The notes below the pieces were generated by a model. It searched no databases, was not told where the DNA came from, and worked only from the letters and a program-made list of their open reading frames with translations. From contig CM075987.1 of assembly GCA_038087875.1 (NCBI GenBank), positions 17,610,001 to 17,674,000 on the forward strand: a stretch of 64,000 nucleotides of DNA, in the 5' to 3' direction. The DNA comes from Malacoraja senta. Lineage: Eukaryota. Below, piece by piece: positions 50,425-61,597 of the stretch (positions are counted from its first letter, which is position 1; each line of letters opens with the position of its first letter). The position numbers and the translations under genes were made by a program.

Positions 50425-50620
50425 TTCCTCCCAGCAGGCACGGTGTGTAGGCCCAGACGGGGGGAGTGTGACCTGCCCGAGTTCTGCACAGGAAACTCCC
50501 AAGATTGCCCCGACAATCACTACATGAAAGATGGCTACACCTGCAGCAACGGGAACTTGTTCTGCAACCAGGGGCTCTGTCAGTCTGCAGACGAGCAATG
50601 CCAGGAGATCTGGGGCGACG
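50425..50620 (+). CDS. ADAM15: Disintegrin-loop and Cys-rich exon, FLPAGTVCRPRRGECDLPEFCTGNSQDCP...CQEIWGD(G)
   Basis: tttttcttcag acceptor, g|gtgagt donor, 196 nt, phase 0 to 1; CDLPEFC motif. Confidence 0.97.
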
Positions 50621-50725
50621 GTGAGTACAGGCTGCCGGCAGCCACCAGATGGCAGCACCGATCCCCTCCCCACACATGGCAGTGGCTCTGGGAGGTCATG
50701 TTGCAGTTGTACAATACGCTGCTGC

Positions 50726-51037
50726 ATACGATACAATACAGTAGTATAGGATACAATACAGTACTATACGATACAATACAGTACTATGCGATACAATACA
50801 GTACTATACGATACAATACAGTACTATACGATACAATACAGTACTATACGATACAATACAGTACTATACGATACAATACAGTACTATATGATACAATACA
50901 GTACTATACGATACAATACAGTACTATACGATACAATACAGTACTATACGATACAATACAGTACTATGCGATACAATACAGTACTATGCGATACAATACA
51001 GTACTATACGATACAATACAATACTATACAATACAAT
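50726..51037. repeat. 20-bp minisatellite (atacgatacaatacagtact), about 15 copies
   Basis: Direct reading. Confidence 0.97.
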
Positions 51038-51774
51038 AATACTTTATTAGCCAAGTATGTTTTGCAACATACGAGGAATTTCATTTGCAAGTCAGTCATA
51101 CAAATAAAAAGCAACAGAACACACAAAACATATTTTAACATGAACATCCACCACAGAGACTCCTCCACATTCCTCACTGTGATGGAAGGTGAAAAAAAAG
51201 TTCAATCTCTTCCCTTCTTTGTTTTCCGGGGCCGCGAGCCTTACGACCTTACTCCCGTAGCAGGCGGCGTTCGGGCCCTCTGCTTCGGGTCGATCAAGCT
51301 CTTGCATGGGGGTGGGGGTGGGGGGGGTAATCTCAGCTCCTCCACGCCGGGTAATCAGACCCTGGGTCGGGGCTGATCGAAACCTTCTGCGTCGTTGGAG
51401 CTCCCGACATCTGCGGTTTCTACCCGAGACTGCAAGCTCTCGATGGTAAAGTCCACTTGGAGCGTCGATCCCATGCAAGGAATCGGCTCCAATGGTAAGT
51501 CCACGCCCCGCGGTGGGGCTCAAAGTCAGTCCCGAGCGAGGCCTCCAGCTCCATGATGTTAGGCCGCAGAGCGACCGGTGATACGATCCGGAAAACAATC
51601 GCATCTCCCGGAAGGTAAGAGATTGGAAAAAAGCTTCCCCCCGACCCCTCCCCCACCCCCACATATAACAAACCAGAGAACATTAACACAAACTTTCAAA
51701 TCACACTAAAAGTAACAAAAAAGACGAAAAAACAGACAGACTGTTGGTGAGGCTGCCAATCGTACGGCGCCACT
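51030..51774 (-). mobile_element. Apparently full-length non-autonomous Rex/Babar-like retroposon (about 750 bp)
   Basis: 5' gtggcgccgtacgattggcagcc; 3' aataaag plus (tattg)n; no ORF; inserted in a CR1 fragment. Confidence 0.72.
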
Positions 51775-52820
51775 GTTGTGTTCAGTTCTGCGCACCATGT
51801 TGTGAACGATTGCAGCAGGATCAGGATCGATTGGCCAGGAGGGCGGAGGAATGATTGATGGAATTTAATACAGAGAAGTGTGAGGTGTTGCATTTTGGGA
51901 CGTCGAACAAGGGCAGGACCTACACAGTGAATGGTAGGTCTCTGGGTAGTAGAGCAGAGGGAACTAGGAGTACAGGTGCATGGTTCCTTGAAGGTCGAGT
52001 CGCAGGTAGATAAGGTGGTCAAAAAGGCTTTTGGCACTTTGGCCTTCATCAGTCAGAGTATTAAGTATAGAAGTTGGGAGGTCATGTTGCAGTTGTATAA
52101 GACGTTGGTGAGACCGCATTTAGAATATTGTGTTCAGTTCTGGGCACCATGTTATAGGAAGGATATTGTCAAGCTTGAAAGGGTTCAGAAAAGATTTACG
52201 AGAATGTTATACAGGTACATGGATAGGTCAGGTTTGGAGGGATATGGACCAAGCGCAGGCAAGTGGGACTAGTGTAGATGGGACATTGTTGGCCGGTGTG
52301 GGCGTGTTGGGCAGAAGGGCCTGTTTCCACACTGTATCACTCTGTGACTCGTGGAAAGATGTTGTCAAGCTGGAAAGGGTGCAGAGAAACTTTACAAGGA
52401 TGTTGCCGGGACTCGAGGGTGGGAGCTATAGGGAGAGTTTGAGCAGGCTAGGACCACAAGGGGGTGATCTTATAGAGGTGTATAAAATCATGAGTGGAAT
52501 AAATTGGGTAGATGCACAGAGTCTCTTGGGCAGAGGAGGATATTTGAGAACCAGAGGACATAGGTTTAAGGTGAGAGGGAAAGGTTTAGTCGGAACCTGA
52601 AGAGTATCTGTTTTACACTGTGGGTGTATGGAACCAGCAGCCAGAGGAGGTAGTTGGGGCAGGTACTATCCCAATGTTTAAGAAACAGTTGGACAGGTAC
52701 ATGGATAGGACAGGGATATGGACCAAACGCAGGCAGGTGGGACTAGTGTAGATGGGACATGCTGGTCAGTGAAGGCAAGTTGGGCCGAAGGGCCTGTTTC
52801 CACGCTGTATCACTCTATGG
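51775..52820 (+). mobile_element. Cluster of CR1 fragments
   Basis: ORFs 51931-52272 and 52130-52600. Confidence 0.82.
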
Positions 52821-53599
52821 CAGGGCTGGTGTCACACCTCCTCGTCCCTGGTGAAGCAGTCACAGTGGCAGGTAGCACGGACACAGGCCCTTCGGCCCAA
52901 CACATGCATACTGACCAACATGTCCTATCTACACTAGTCCCACCTTTGACCCATATCCCTCTAAACCTCTTCAGAGCCACTACTCCTGATCTAGAACGTT
53001 CTGCCAGGGGTGATGGTGGAGGCAGATACGATAGTAATGTTTAAGAGACTTTTGGACAGGCTCATAGATATGAATGAATGAATAAGTTTATTGGCCAAGT
53101 ATTCACATACAAGGAATTTGCTTTAGTGCTCCGCCCGCAAGTGACAACATGACATACAGTGACAGTTAGGAATGACACATAAAATGTTAAATATTAATAA
53201 TAAAACATTATTGATTAAACATGTGAATTGAATAAAATACCAGATCAAAGGGAGGCTACAGATTTTTGGCTGTTGAGTAGAGCAACTACTCGTGGATAAA
53301 AACTGTTTTTATGTCTGGCTGCGGCAGCTTTGACAGTCCGGAGTCGCCTTCCAGAGGGAGGTAATTCAAAGAGTTTGTGGCCAGGGTGAGAGGGGTCAGA
53401 GATGATCTTACCCGCTCGCTTCCTGGCCCTTGCAGTGTATGGTAGGAGAGAGAGATGTATGCAGGGAATGGAGGGATATGGATCATGTACAGGTGAAGGA
53501 GATTAGTTTAACTTGGAGTCATGTTGAGCACAAACATTGTGGGGCAAAGACCCTGTTCTATGTTCAATGTGTTCTGGAACGCCAGAGGTTGTGGGGAGA

Positions 53600-54135
53600 C
53601 CCACCCATTTGGAATATTGTGAGCAATTTTGGGCCCCATATCTGAGGAAGGATGTGCTGGCTCTGGAGAGGGTCCTTCCAGAGGAGGTTTACAAGAATGA
53701 TCCCAGGAATGAGCAGGCACTGGGCCTGTACTCGCTGGAGTTTAGAAGAATGAGGGGGGACCTCATTGAAACCTACAGAATAGTGAATAGCCTGGATAGA
53801 GTGGATGGGGAGAGGATGTTTCCACTAGTGGGAGAGTCTAGGACTAGAGGTCATAGTCTCAGAATTAAAGGGCGTTCTTTTAGGAAGGAGATGAGGAGAA
53901 ATTTCTTTAGTCAGAGGGTGGTGAATCTCTGGAATTCTTTGTCATAGAAGGCTGTGGAGGCCAAGTCAGTGGATATTTTTAAGGCAGAGATAGATAGATT
54001 CTTGATTAGTGCGGGTGTCAGAGGTTATGGGGAGAAGGCAGGAGAATGGGGTTAGGAGGGAGAGATAGATCAGCCATGATTGAATGGTGGAGTAGACTTG
54101 ATGGGCTGAATGGCCTAATTCTGCTCCTTATGACC
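53600..54135 (+). mobile_element. CR1 3' fragment
   Basis: HLEYCEQFWAPYLRKDV...ERMFPLVGESRTRGH. Confidence 0.85.
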
Positions 54136-55146
54136 TGATCGATATAAAATTATGAGATGCGTGGATAGTGTCACCCTGATAGAGGCCAAACACAAAGATA
54201 GAGTGGGTAAATAAGATGTATGATCTGTGTAGGAAAGAACTGCAGATGCTGGTTTACATCATAGGTAGACACAAAATGCTGGAGTAACTCAGCGGGACAG
54301 GCAACATCTCTGGAGAGAAGGAATGGGTGATGTTTCGGGTCGAGACCCTTCTTCAGACTGAAGATGTACAGTATGATGTGCTTGCCTTGATTGGTCGGGG
54401 TATTCGAGTCAGGAAGTCGCGCTGCAGCTTTATGGGACTGTGGTCCGGCCTCATTCGGAGTCTTGCGTGCAGTTCTGGTCACCCCCATTTACTGGAGTGT
54501 ATGGAATCTCCCAAAACGGAGACGAGGAAACACTTTTTCACACACAGAGTTGTGAGTCTGTGGAATTCTCTGCCGCAGAGGGCGGTGGAGGCAGGTTCTC
54601 TGGACACTTTCAAGAGAGAGCTAGATAGGGCTCTTAAAGATAGTGGCGTCAGGGGATATGGGGAGAAGGCAGGAACGGGGTACTGATTGGGGATGATCAG
54701 CCATGATCACATTGAATGGCGGTGCTGGCTCGAAGGGCCGAATGGCCTCCTCCTGCACCTATTGTCTATTAAAAGGATGTGGGGACTTTGTTGCAAAACA
54801 ATCCATGTCTGTCCAACCTCCCCCCTGTAGCTAATACCCTTTGATCCAGGCACCAACCTCCTCCACCCTCTCCAGAGCCTCCACATCCTTCTTCTGATGG
54901 GGCGACCAGAGGTATACAGAAACAGGCCGTTGGGCCCAGCATGTCCGTGCTGACCAAGAGGCCCATCCAAGCTAGTCCCACTGGCTCATCCCTCAGGGAC
55001 ACGGCACCTCAGGAACAGGTCCTCCGGGCATTTCAAACATCTCCCCTCCCTTTCCCGCTCGCATGGTTGGGATGTGCCCGCACGCAGTCAACACCACGAG
55101 GACCGTGACGTCACGGCGAGTTAATCTGCCGCCTTCACACCCATAG

Positions 55147-55255
55147 GTGCGATGTCAGCCGAGCGGATCTGCTATGAAGTAACCAACGAACAAGGAAACC
55201 AGTATGGCAATTGTGGCCAGAACGAAAACAACGAGCATATTCAATGTCTAACTAA
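55147..55255 (+). CDS. ADAM15: Cys-rich exon, (G)AMSAERICYEVTNEQGNQYGNCGQNENNEHIQCLT(K); not in the ORF track
   Basis: cccatag acceptor, aa|gtaagt donor, 109 nt, phase 1 to 2; C....N..G..YGNCG motif. Confidence 0.93.
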
Positions 55256-55382
55256 GTAAGTGCGTAACATCCTGACTTTGCACAAACACCCACCTGCCCT
55301 AACGCAGGGATTTGATCCCGAGAATAACGGACACGTTAGTGCCGTTTCATGACATTTGAATTATAATTTAACAAGTTCATCG

Positions 55383-55678
55383 TGGGTGGCACAGTGGTGC
55401 AGTGGTAGAGTTGCTGCCTCACAGCACCCGGGTTCAATCCTGACCACGGGGTGCTGTCTGTGTGGAGTTTGCACGCCCTCCCCGTGACGCGTGGCTTTCC
55501 TCTGGATGCCACATCCCAGAGACGTGCAGGTTTGTACGTTCATTGGCTTCTGTAAATCGCCCTTAATGTGCAGGATGAGAAAATGGGAGAACATGGAACT
55601 GCTACGCGAGTGGTCAATGGTCAGCATGGACTCGATGGGCCCAATGGCCTGGTTCCACGCTGCATCTATAAACTAAAC
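55383..55678 (+). mobile_element. HE1/V-SINE; further copies at 57028-57700 (interrupted by CR1 57245-57622) and 61166-61450
   Basis: ggtggcacagtggtgcagtggtagagttgctgcctcacag, gggttcaatcc, aaactaaact tail. Confidence 0.8.
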
Positions 55679-57908
55679 TGGAGTAACTCAGCGGGTCAGG
55701 CAGCATCTCCAGAGAAGGAATAGGTCTAAACCCTTCTTCAGACTGAGAGTCAGGGGAAAGGGATACAAGAGATATAACTGGTGGAAATGGTAAATTCATT
55801 GGAGTTCAGAAGGATGAGAGGGAATCTAATTGAAACATGTAAAATTATTAAGGGATTGGACACGCTAGATGCAGGAAACATGTTCCCGACGTTGGGGGAG
55901 TCCAGAACCAGGGGCCACAGTTTTTGAATAAGGGATAAGCCATTTAGAACGGAGGTGAGGAAGCATTTTTTCACACAGAGAGTGGTGAATTTTTGGAATT
56001 CTCTGCCTCAGAGGGCGGTGGAGGCCGATTCACTGGATGCATTCAAAAGAGAGTTAGATAGAGCTATTAGGGCTAGCGGAATCAAGCGGTATGGGAAGAA
56101 GGCAGGAACAGGTTACTGATTGTGGATGATCGGCCATGATCACATTGAATGGCGCTGCAGGCTCGAAGGGCCGAATGGCCTACTCCTGCACCTATTGTCT
56201 ATGTATCTATGGTGATATCGAGAGATATGGAACAAACGAAAGGTATGCAAAAAGCAACAATCATCAAGAAAAAGTGGAGCCCACAATGGTTCATTGTTGG
56301 CTGTGGTCTAGGTGATAACGAGTTATACAGACATTGAAACTCATCAGGACGTCAGCGAGATTAGTATGATGATTAGGATGTGGGCAGGACGGAGAGGGAC
56401 AGGCGATGCAAGGGTTACTTGAACTTGGAGAAACCAATATTCATTCCGCTGGCCAAGCAAAATAGGTGCTGTTCCTCCAATTTGCGCTGGGCCTCACTAT
56501 GACAGTGGAGGAGGCCCAGGATGGAAAGGTCAGTGTGGGAATCAGCTAGGCCCAGGCGGACTGAGCGGAGGTGTTCATTGTGTTTATATGACAACTGGAG
56601 TGGTACATGTCTCGAAATGTTTAAAGGGATATGGGCCAAGTGTGGACAAATGGGACTAGTTTAGATGGGGCATCTCTATCGGTATGGGAAAGTTGCGCTG
56701 AAAGGCCTGTTTTCATGCTGTGTAAATCTATGAGTCCAAGTGATCATTCCTCACTTAAATCCAAGTCTACACACACACCTCACTCGATGATCACCTAATA
56801 TCCTTGCTAAACTCTGCTTAATTATAAAAGCAACCAGCCCTCCTCTGTTTACAGCAACTCTCTCGTGTCTCTGCTGGGGGTTGGGGGGGGTTGGGGGGAC
56901 ATGAGGTATATTCTATATTTGAGACTTTGTCCAAAACACAATTTTACTGATGCACCCTTTGTGTTTATTCTCGTGGTGTCATTTCCACCTGAAACATTGA
57001 AAAATGCAGCACAGGAACAGGCAGGCTGTGCAGTGGTAGAGTTGCTGCCTCACAGCGCCAGGCACCCGGGTTCCATCCTGAATACGGGTGCTGTCTGTAC
57101 GGAGTTTGTACGTTCTCCCCGCGACCTGCGTGGGTTTTCTCCAGGTGCTCCGGTTTCCTCCCACACTCCAAAGATGTACAGGTTTGTAGGTTAATTGGCT
57201 TTGGTAAAATTGTAAATCGTCCCTGGTGTGTGTAGGATAGTGTTAGACAATAGACAATAGACAATAGGTGCAGGAGTAGGCCATTTGGCCCTTCGAGCCA
57301 GCACCGCCATTCAATGTGATCATGGCTGATCATCCCCAATCAGTACCCCGTTCCTGCCTTCTCCCCATATCCCCTGACTCCGCTATCTTTAAGAGCCCTA
57401 TCTAGCTCTCTCTTGAAAGCATCCAGGGAACCGGCCTCCACCAACCTCTTAGGCAGAGAATTCCACAGACTCACAACTCTCTGTGAGAAAAAGTGTTTCC
57501 TCGTCTCCGTTCTAAATGGCTTATTCCTTATTCTTAAACTGTGGCCCCTGGTTCTGGACTCCCCCAACATCGGGAACATGTATAACCATATAACCATGTT
57601 TCCTGCCTCTAGCGTGTCCAAGCCGCGTGTGCGGGGATCGCTAGTCAGCACGGACTCGGTGGGCCGAAGGGCCTGTTTCCGTGCTGTATATCTAAACTAA
57701 ACCAGCCCACCCTGTCAGACTTTTGATCAGACTTTAATGGCTTTACCTTGCACTAGACGTTATTCCCTTCTTATGTATCTGTACACTGTGAATGGCTCGA
57801 TTGTAATGGTGTATAGTCTTTCTGCTGACTGGTTAGCAGGTAGCATGTATACCTCAGAGGGTAGTGGTTGTATGGGGTGAGGCCAGCGTGTGATTGTCAC
57901 CCCTGCAG

Positions 57909-58101
57909 GGACGTCCTTTGCGGGAAGATGCAGTGCAAGGGAGGAAGTGCAAAGCCCATCCGCGGAGGCAACGTGCACGTCATCACCAGCTCGCTGGTCT
58001 ACCGGGGCGTCAAGCACGAGTGCCGGGCCACCTACACCACCTTCGAGGATGCCAGCAGCTCCGACCTCATCCGCCCGGGCACCAAGTGTGGGCACCAGAA
58101 G
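57909..58101 (+). CDS. ADAM15: Cys-rich exon (exon 15 equivalent), DVLCGKMQCKGG...PGTKCGHQK
   Basis: ccctgcag acceptor, aag|gtaagc donor, 193 nt, phase 2 to 0; DVLCGK.QC and GTKCG motifs. Confidence 0.96.
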
Positions 58102-58367
58102 GTAAGCTGCTCCCAGCCCAGCGGGAACAAGGGCTGTTCTGGAGAGAGTGGGGCTGCAACTCCACCCCTCCTGTTGATTCCACAGACACAGACGGTAGTG
58201 CAACATCAAGGCAAAGGAAAGGAAGTTAATAAGGGCCTGTCCCACTTACGCGATTTACTCGCCGACTTGCCGGCACCCGTCATAGTCGCAGCAGGTCGCC
58301 AAAAATGTTCAACATGTTGAAAATCCAGCGGCGAACAGAAAAAGGTACAACTCTGGCTAAAGGAATT

Positions 58368-60508
58368 GATAGAAACATAGAAACATAGAAAATAGGTGCA
58401 GGAGGAGGCCATTCGGCCCTTCGAGCCAGCACCGCCATTCATTATGATCATGGCTGATCGTCCCCTATCAATAACCCGTGCCTGCCTTCTCCCCATATCC
58501 CTTGACTCCACTAGCCCCTAGAGCTCTATCTAACTCTCTCTTAAATCCATCCAGTGAATTGGCCTCCACTGCCCTCTGTGGCAGGGAATTCCACAAATTC
58601 ACAACTCTCTGGGTGAAAAAGTTTTTTCTCACATCAGTCTTAAATGACCTCCCCTTTATTCTAAGACTGTGGCCCCTGGTTCTGGACTCGCCCAACATTG
58701 GGAACATTTTTCCTGCATCTAGCTTGTCCAGTCCTTTTATAATTTTATATGTTTCTATAAGATCCCCCCTCATCCTTCTAAACTCCAGTGAATACAAGCC
58801 TAGTCTTTTCAATCTTTCCTCATATGACAGTCCCGCCATCCCAGGGATCAATCTCGTGAACCTACGCTGCACTGCCTCAATCACAAGGATGTCCTTCCTC
58901 AAATTAGGAGACCAAATCTGTACACAATACTCCAGATGTGGTCTTACCAGAGCCCTATACAACTGCAGAAGAACCTCTTTACTCCTATACTGAAATCCTG
59001 TTGTTATGAAGGCCAACATTCCATTAGCTATCTTCACTGCCTGCTGTAACTGTAAGCCAACCTTCAGTGACGGGTGTACAAGGACGCCCAGGTCTCGCTG
59101 CACCTCCCCTTTACCTAACCTAACCCCATTGAGATAATAATCTACCCCCTTGTTTTTGCCGCCAAAGTGGATAACCTCACATTTATCTATATTATACTGC
59201 ATCTGCCATGCATCTGCCCACTGACTCAACCTGTCCAGGTCACCCTGCAACCTCCTAACATCCTCTTCACAGTTCACACTGCCACCCAGCTTTGTGTCAT
59301 CCGCAAACTTGCTAGTGTTGCTCCTAATTCCCTCTTCCAAATCATTAATATATATGGTAAACAGTTGCAGCCCCAACACCGAGCCTTGCGGCACTCCACT
59401 CCCCACTGCCTGCCATTCTGAAAAGGACCCGTTCACTCCTTCTCTTTGCTTCCTGTCTGCCAACCAATTTTCTATCCATGTCAACACCCTACCCCCAATA
59501 CCATGTGCTCCAATTTTAGTCACCAGTCTCCCGTGCGGGACCTTATCAAAGGCTTTCTGAAAGTCTAGATACACTACATCCACTGGCTCCCCTTCATCCA
59601 TTTTACTTGTCACATCCTCAAAAAATTCCAGAAGATTAGTCAAGCATGATTTCCCTTTCATAAATCCATGTTGACTTGGACTAATCCTTTTACTGCTATC
59701 CAAATGCCCCATTATTACCTCTTTAATAATTGACTCCAGCATCTTTCCCACCACCGAAGTCAGGCTAACTGGTCTGTAATTCCCCGTTTTCTCTCTCGCT
59801 CCTTTCTTGAAAAGTGGGATAACATTAGCTATCCTCCAATCCACAGGAACTGATCCTGAATCTATTGAACATTGGAAAATGATCACCAATGCGTCCACTA
59901 TTTCTAGAGCCACCACCCTGAGGACCCTGGGATGCAGACCATCAGGCCCAGGGGATTTATCATCCTTCAGTCCCATTAGCCTACCCAATACTATTTCTCG
60001 CCTAACCCTGTATAACCCTGAATATTAAGTTACCAGGCCCGATCCTCCTGCAGCCACGTCTCAGTAATCCCCATAATGTCATATCTACCAACCTCTAACT
60101 GAGCCTCAAGCTCATCTACTTTACTTCTTATACTTCGCGCATTCATATACAATACTTTTAATGCCTTACGCATCTCACCTTTCACATCGATCCCTATTAA
60201 ACTTGCCCATACTCTCCTATCCCTTTGTGAGCTTCCTTTCCCGTTAATTCTGGGGTCATTAACCATCCCTTTACTCTCTTTCCCTTTAACTCCGTCCTCG
60301 ACTATCCCATTTGACACTCCACCCCCTTTATTCAGTTTAAAACCACCCGTGTAGCAGTGGCAAACCTGCCTGCCAGAATGCTGGTCCCCCACCTGTTAAG
60401 ACGCAATCCGTCCCTTTTGTACAGTTCCCCCTTACTCCAAAACAGATCCCTGTGATCTAAGAATCTAAATCCCTGCCCCCTGCACCAGTTCCTCAGCCAC
60501 ACATTCAA
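58368..60508 (-). mobile_element. Young CR1 LINE: uninterrupted 506-codon RT ORF joined by internal deletion to the ORF1 end and APE start
   Basis: ORF 58468-59988 (KSPGPDG, YRPVSLTS, LDFQKAFD, PQGSVLG, FADD); ORF 60030-60392 (YMNARSI, GITETWL); (TTTCTATG)n tail. Confidence 0.95.
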
Positions 60509-60719
60509 TTCCTCCCCATCTCCTTTCTAAAGGTATGTCCTTTTATTGTGAGGCTGTGCCCTCTGGTCCCAGACTCTCCCACTATTGGAAACATCCTCTC
60601 CACATCCACCATACAGGCGTCACCCCACGAAGGTAATGAGTAGTCGCCCAAAGAGTCGTACCTACAGTACAGGCCCTTTAGTCTGGCTTATGTGGTGGGT
60701 CAAATCTTTGGTGGGTCGA

Positions 60720-61510
60720 GTCCATTATTAAGGATGAGGATTCCAAGTACTTAGAAGCACATGATATAAAAGGCCGATGTCAGTGTGGTTTTGTTAAGGG
60801 AAGATCTTGCCTGACAAATCTGATGGAGTTTTTTGAGGAGGTAATGAGCAGGACAGACAAAGGGGAGTCGGTAGATGTTGTTTACTTCGATTTTCAGAAA
60901 GCCTTTGAGAAGGTGCCACACGTGAGGCTGCTAAGGAAGATGAGAGCCCACGGTATCAAAGGGCAGATACTAGCATGGATAGCAGGTTGGCTGGATGGCA
61001 GAAGACAAAGAGTGGCAATAAAGGGGGATTTTTCAGGTTGGCTGCCAGTGACTAGTGGAGTTCCGCAGGGGTCGGTGCTGGGGCCTACTCTTCACGTTGT
61101 ATATTAATGATTTGGACGAGGGGATTGAAGGCTTTGTGGCCGAGTTTGCGGATGATACGAAGGCAGGTGGTGCAGCGGTAGAGTTGCTGCCTCACAGTGC
61201 CAGAGACCCGGGTTCCATCCTGACTACGGGTGCTGTCTGTACAGAGTTTGTACGTTCTCCCCGTAACCGCATGGATTTTCTCTGGGTACTCCGGTTTCCT
61301 TCCACACTCCAAACACGTACAGGTTTGTAGGTGAGTAGGCTTCCGTAAATTGTCCCTAGTGATTAGGATAGTGCTTGTGTATGGGGTGATTGTTGATCAG
61401 TGCGGATTTGATGGGCCGAAGGGCTGATTCCGAGCTGTATTTCTACAATCTAAAAGTCTAAAGGTGGAGGAGCAGGTAGTATAGAGGAAGCAGGGAGTCT
61501 GCAGAAGAAG
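60720..61510 (+). mobile_element. CR1 RT fragment interrupted by a SINE
   Basis: [25 protein letters not shown]. Confidence 0.85.
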
Positions 61511-61597
61511 TGTGTAGGAAGGAAATGTAGCCGCTGGTTTACACTGAAGATAGACACAGAATGCTGGAGTAACTCAGCAGTATGAATATTGATTTCT

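Larger units (their letters stand above)
5977..58101 (+). other. ADAM15: ADAM15-like metalloprotease-disintegrin gene body (partial: 12 visible coding exons; ends probably outside window; two internal exons missing)
   Basis: Exons join in phase to give pro, metalloprotease, disintegrin and Cys-rich domains. ADAM15 is favoured by KRDV..E.K.IELVL, the 93-nt exon with C-x3-G-x-CC spacing (CSSTGACC vs human CASDGPCC), CRP.RG.CDLPEFC and exon sizes 77/77/85/93. ADAM family is near certain; the paralogue is inferred. Confidence 0.75.

Noticed and set aside
37693..50620. Venom metalloprotease (SVMP-like) interpretation
   Set aside because: Motifs are general ADAM features and exon sizes and Cys spacing fit ADAM15; nothing here indicates secretion or venom expression
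50443..51376. 198-aa and 196-aa Tyr/Thr-rich ORFs extending the disintegrin exon
   Set aside because: Read-through past a strong g|gtgagt donor into a stop-poor minisatellite
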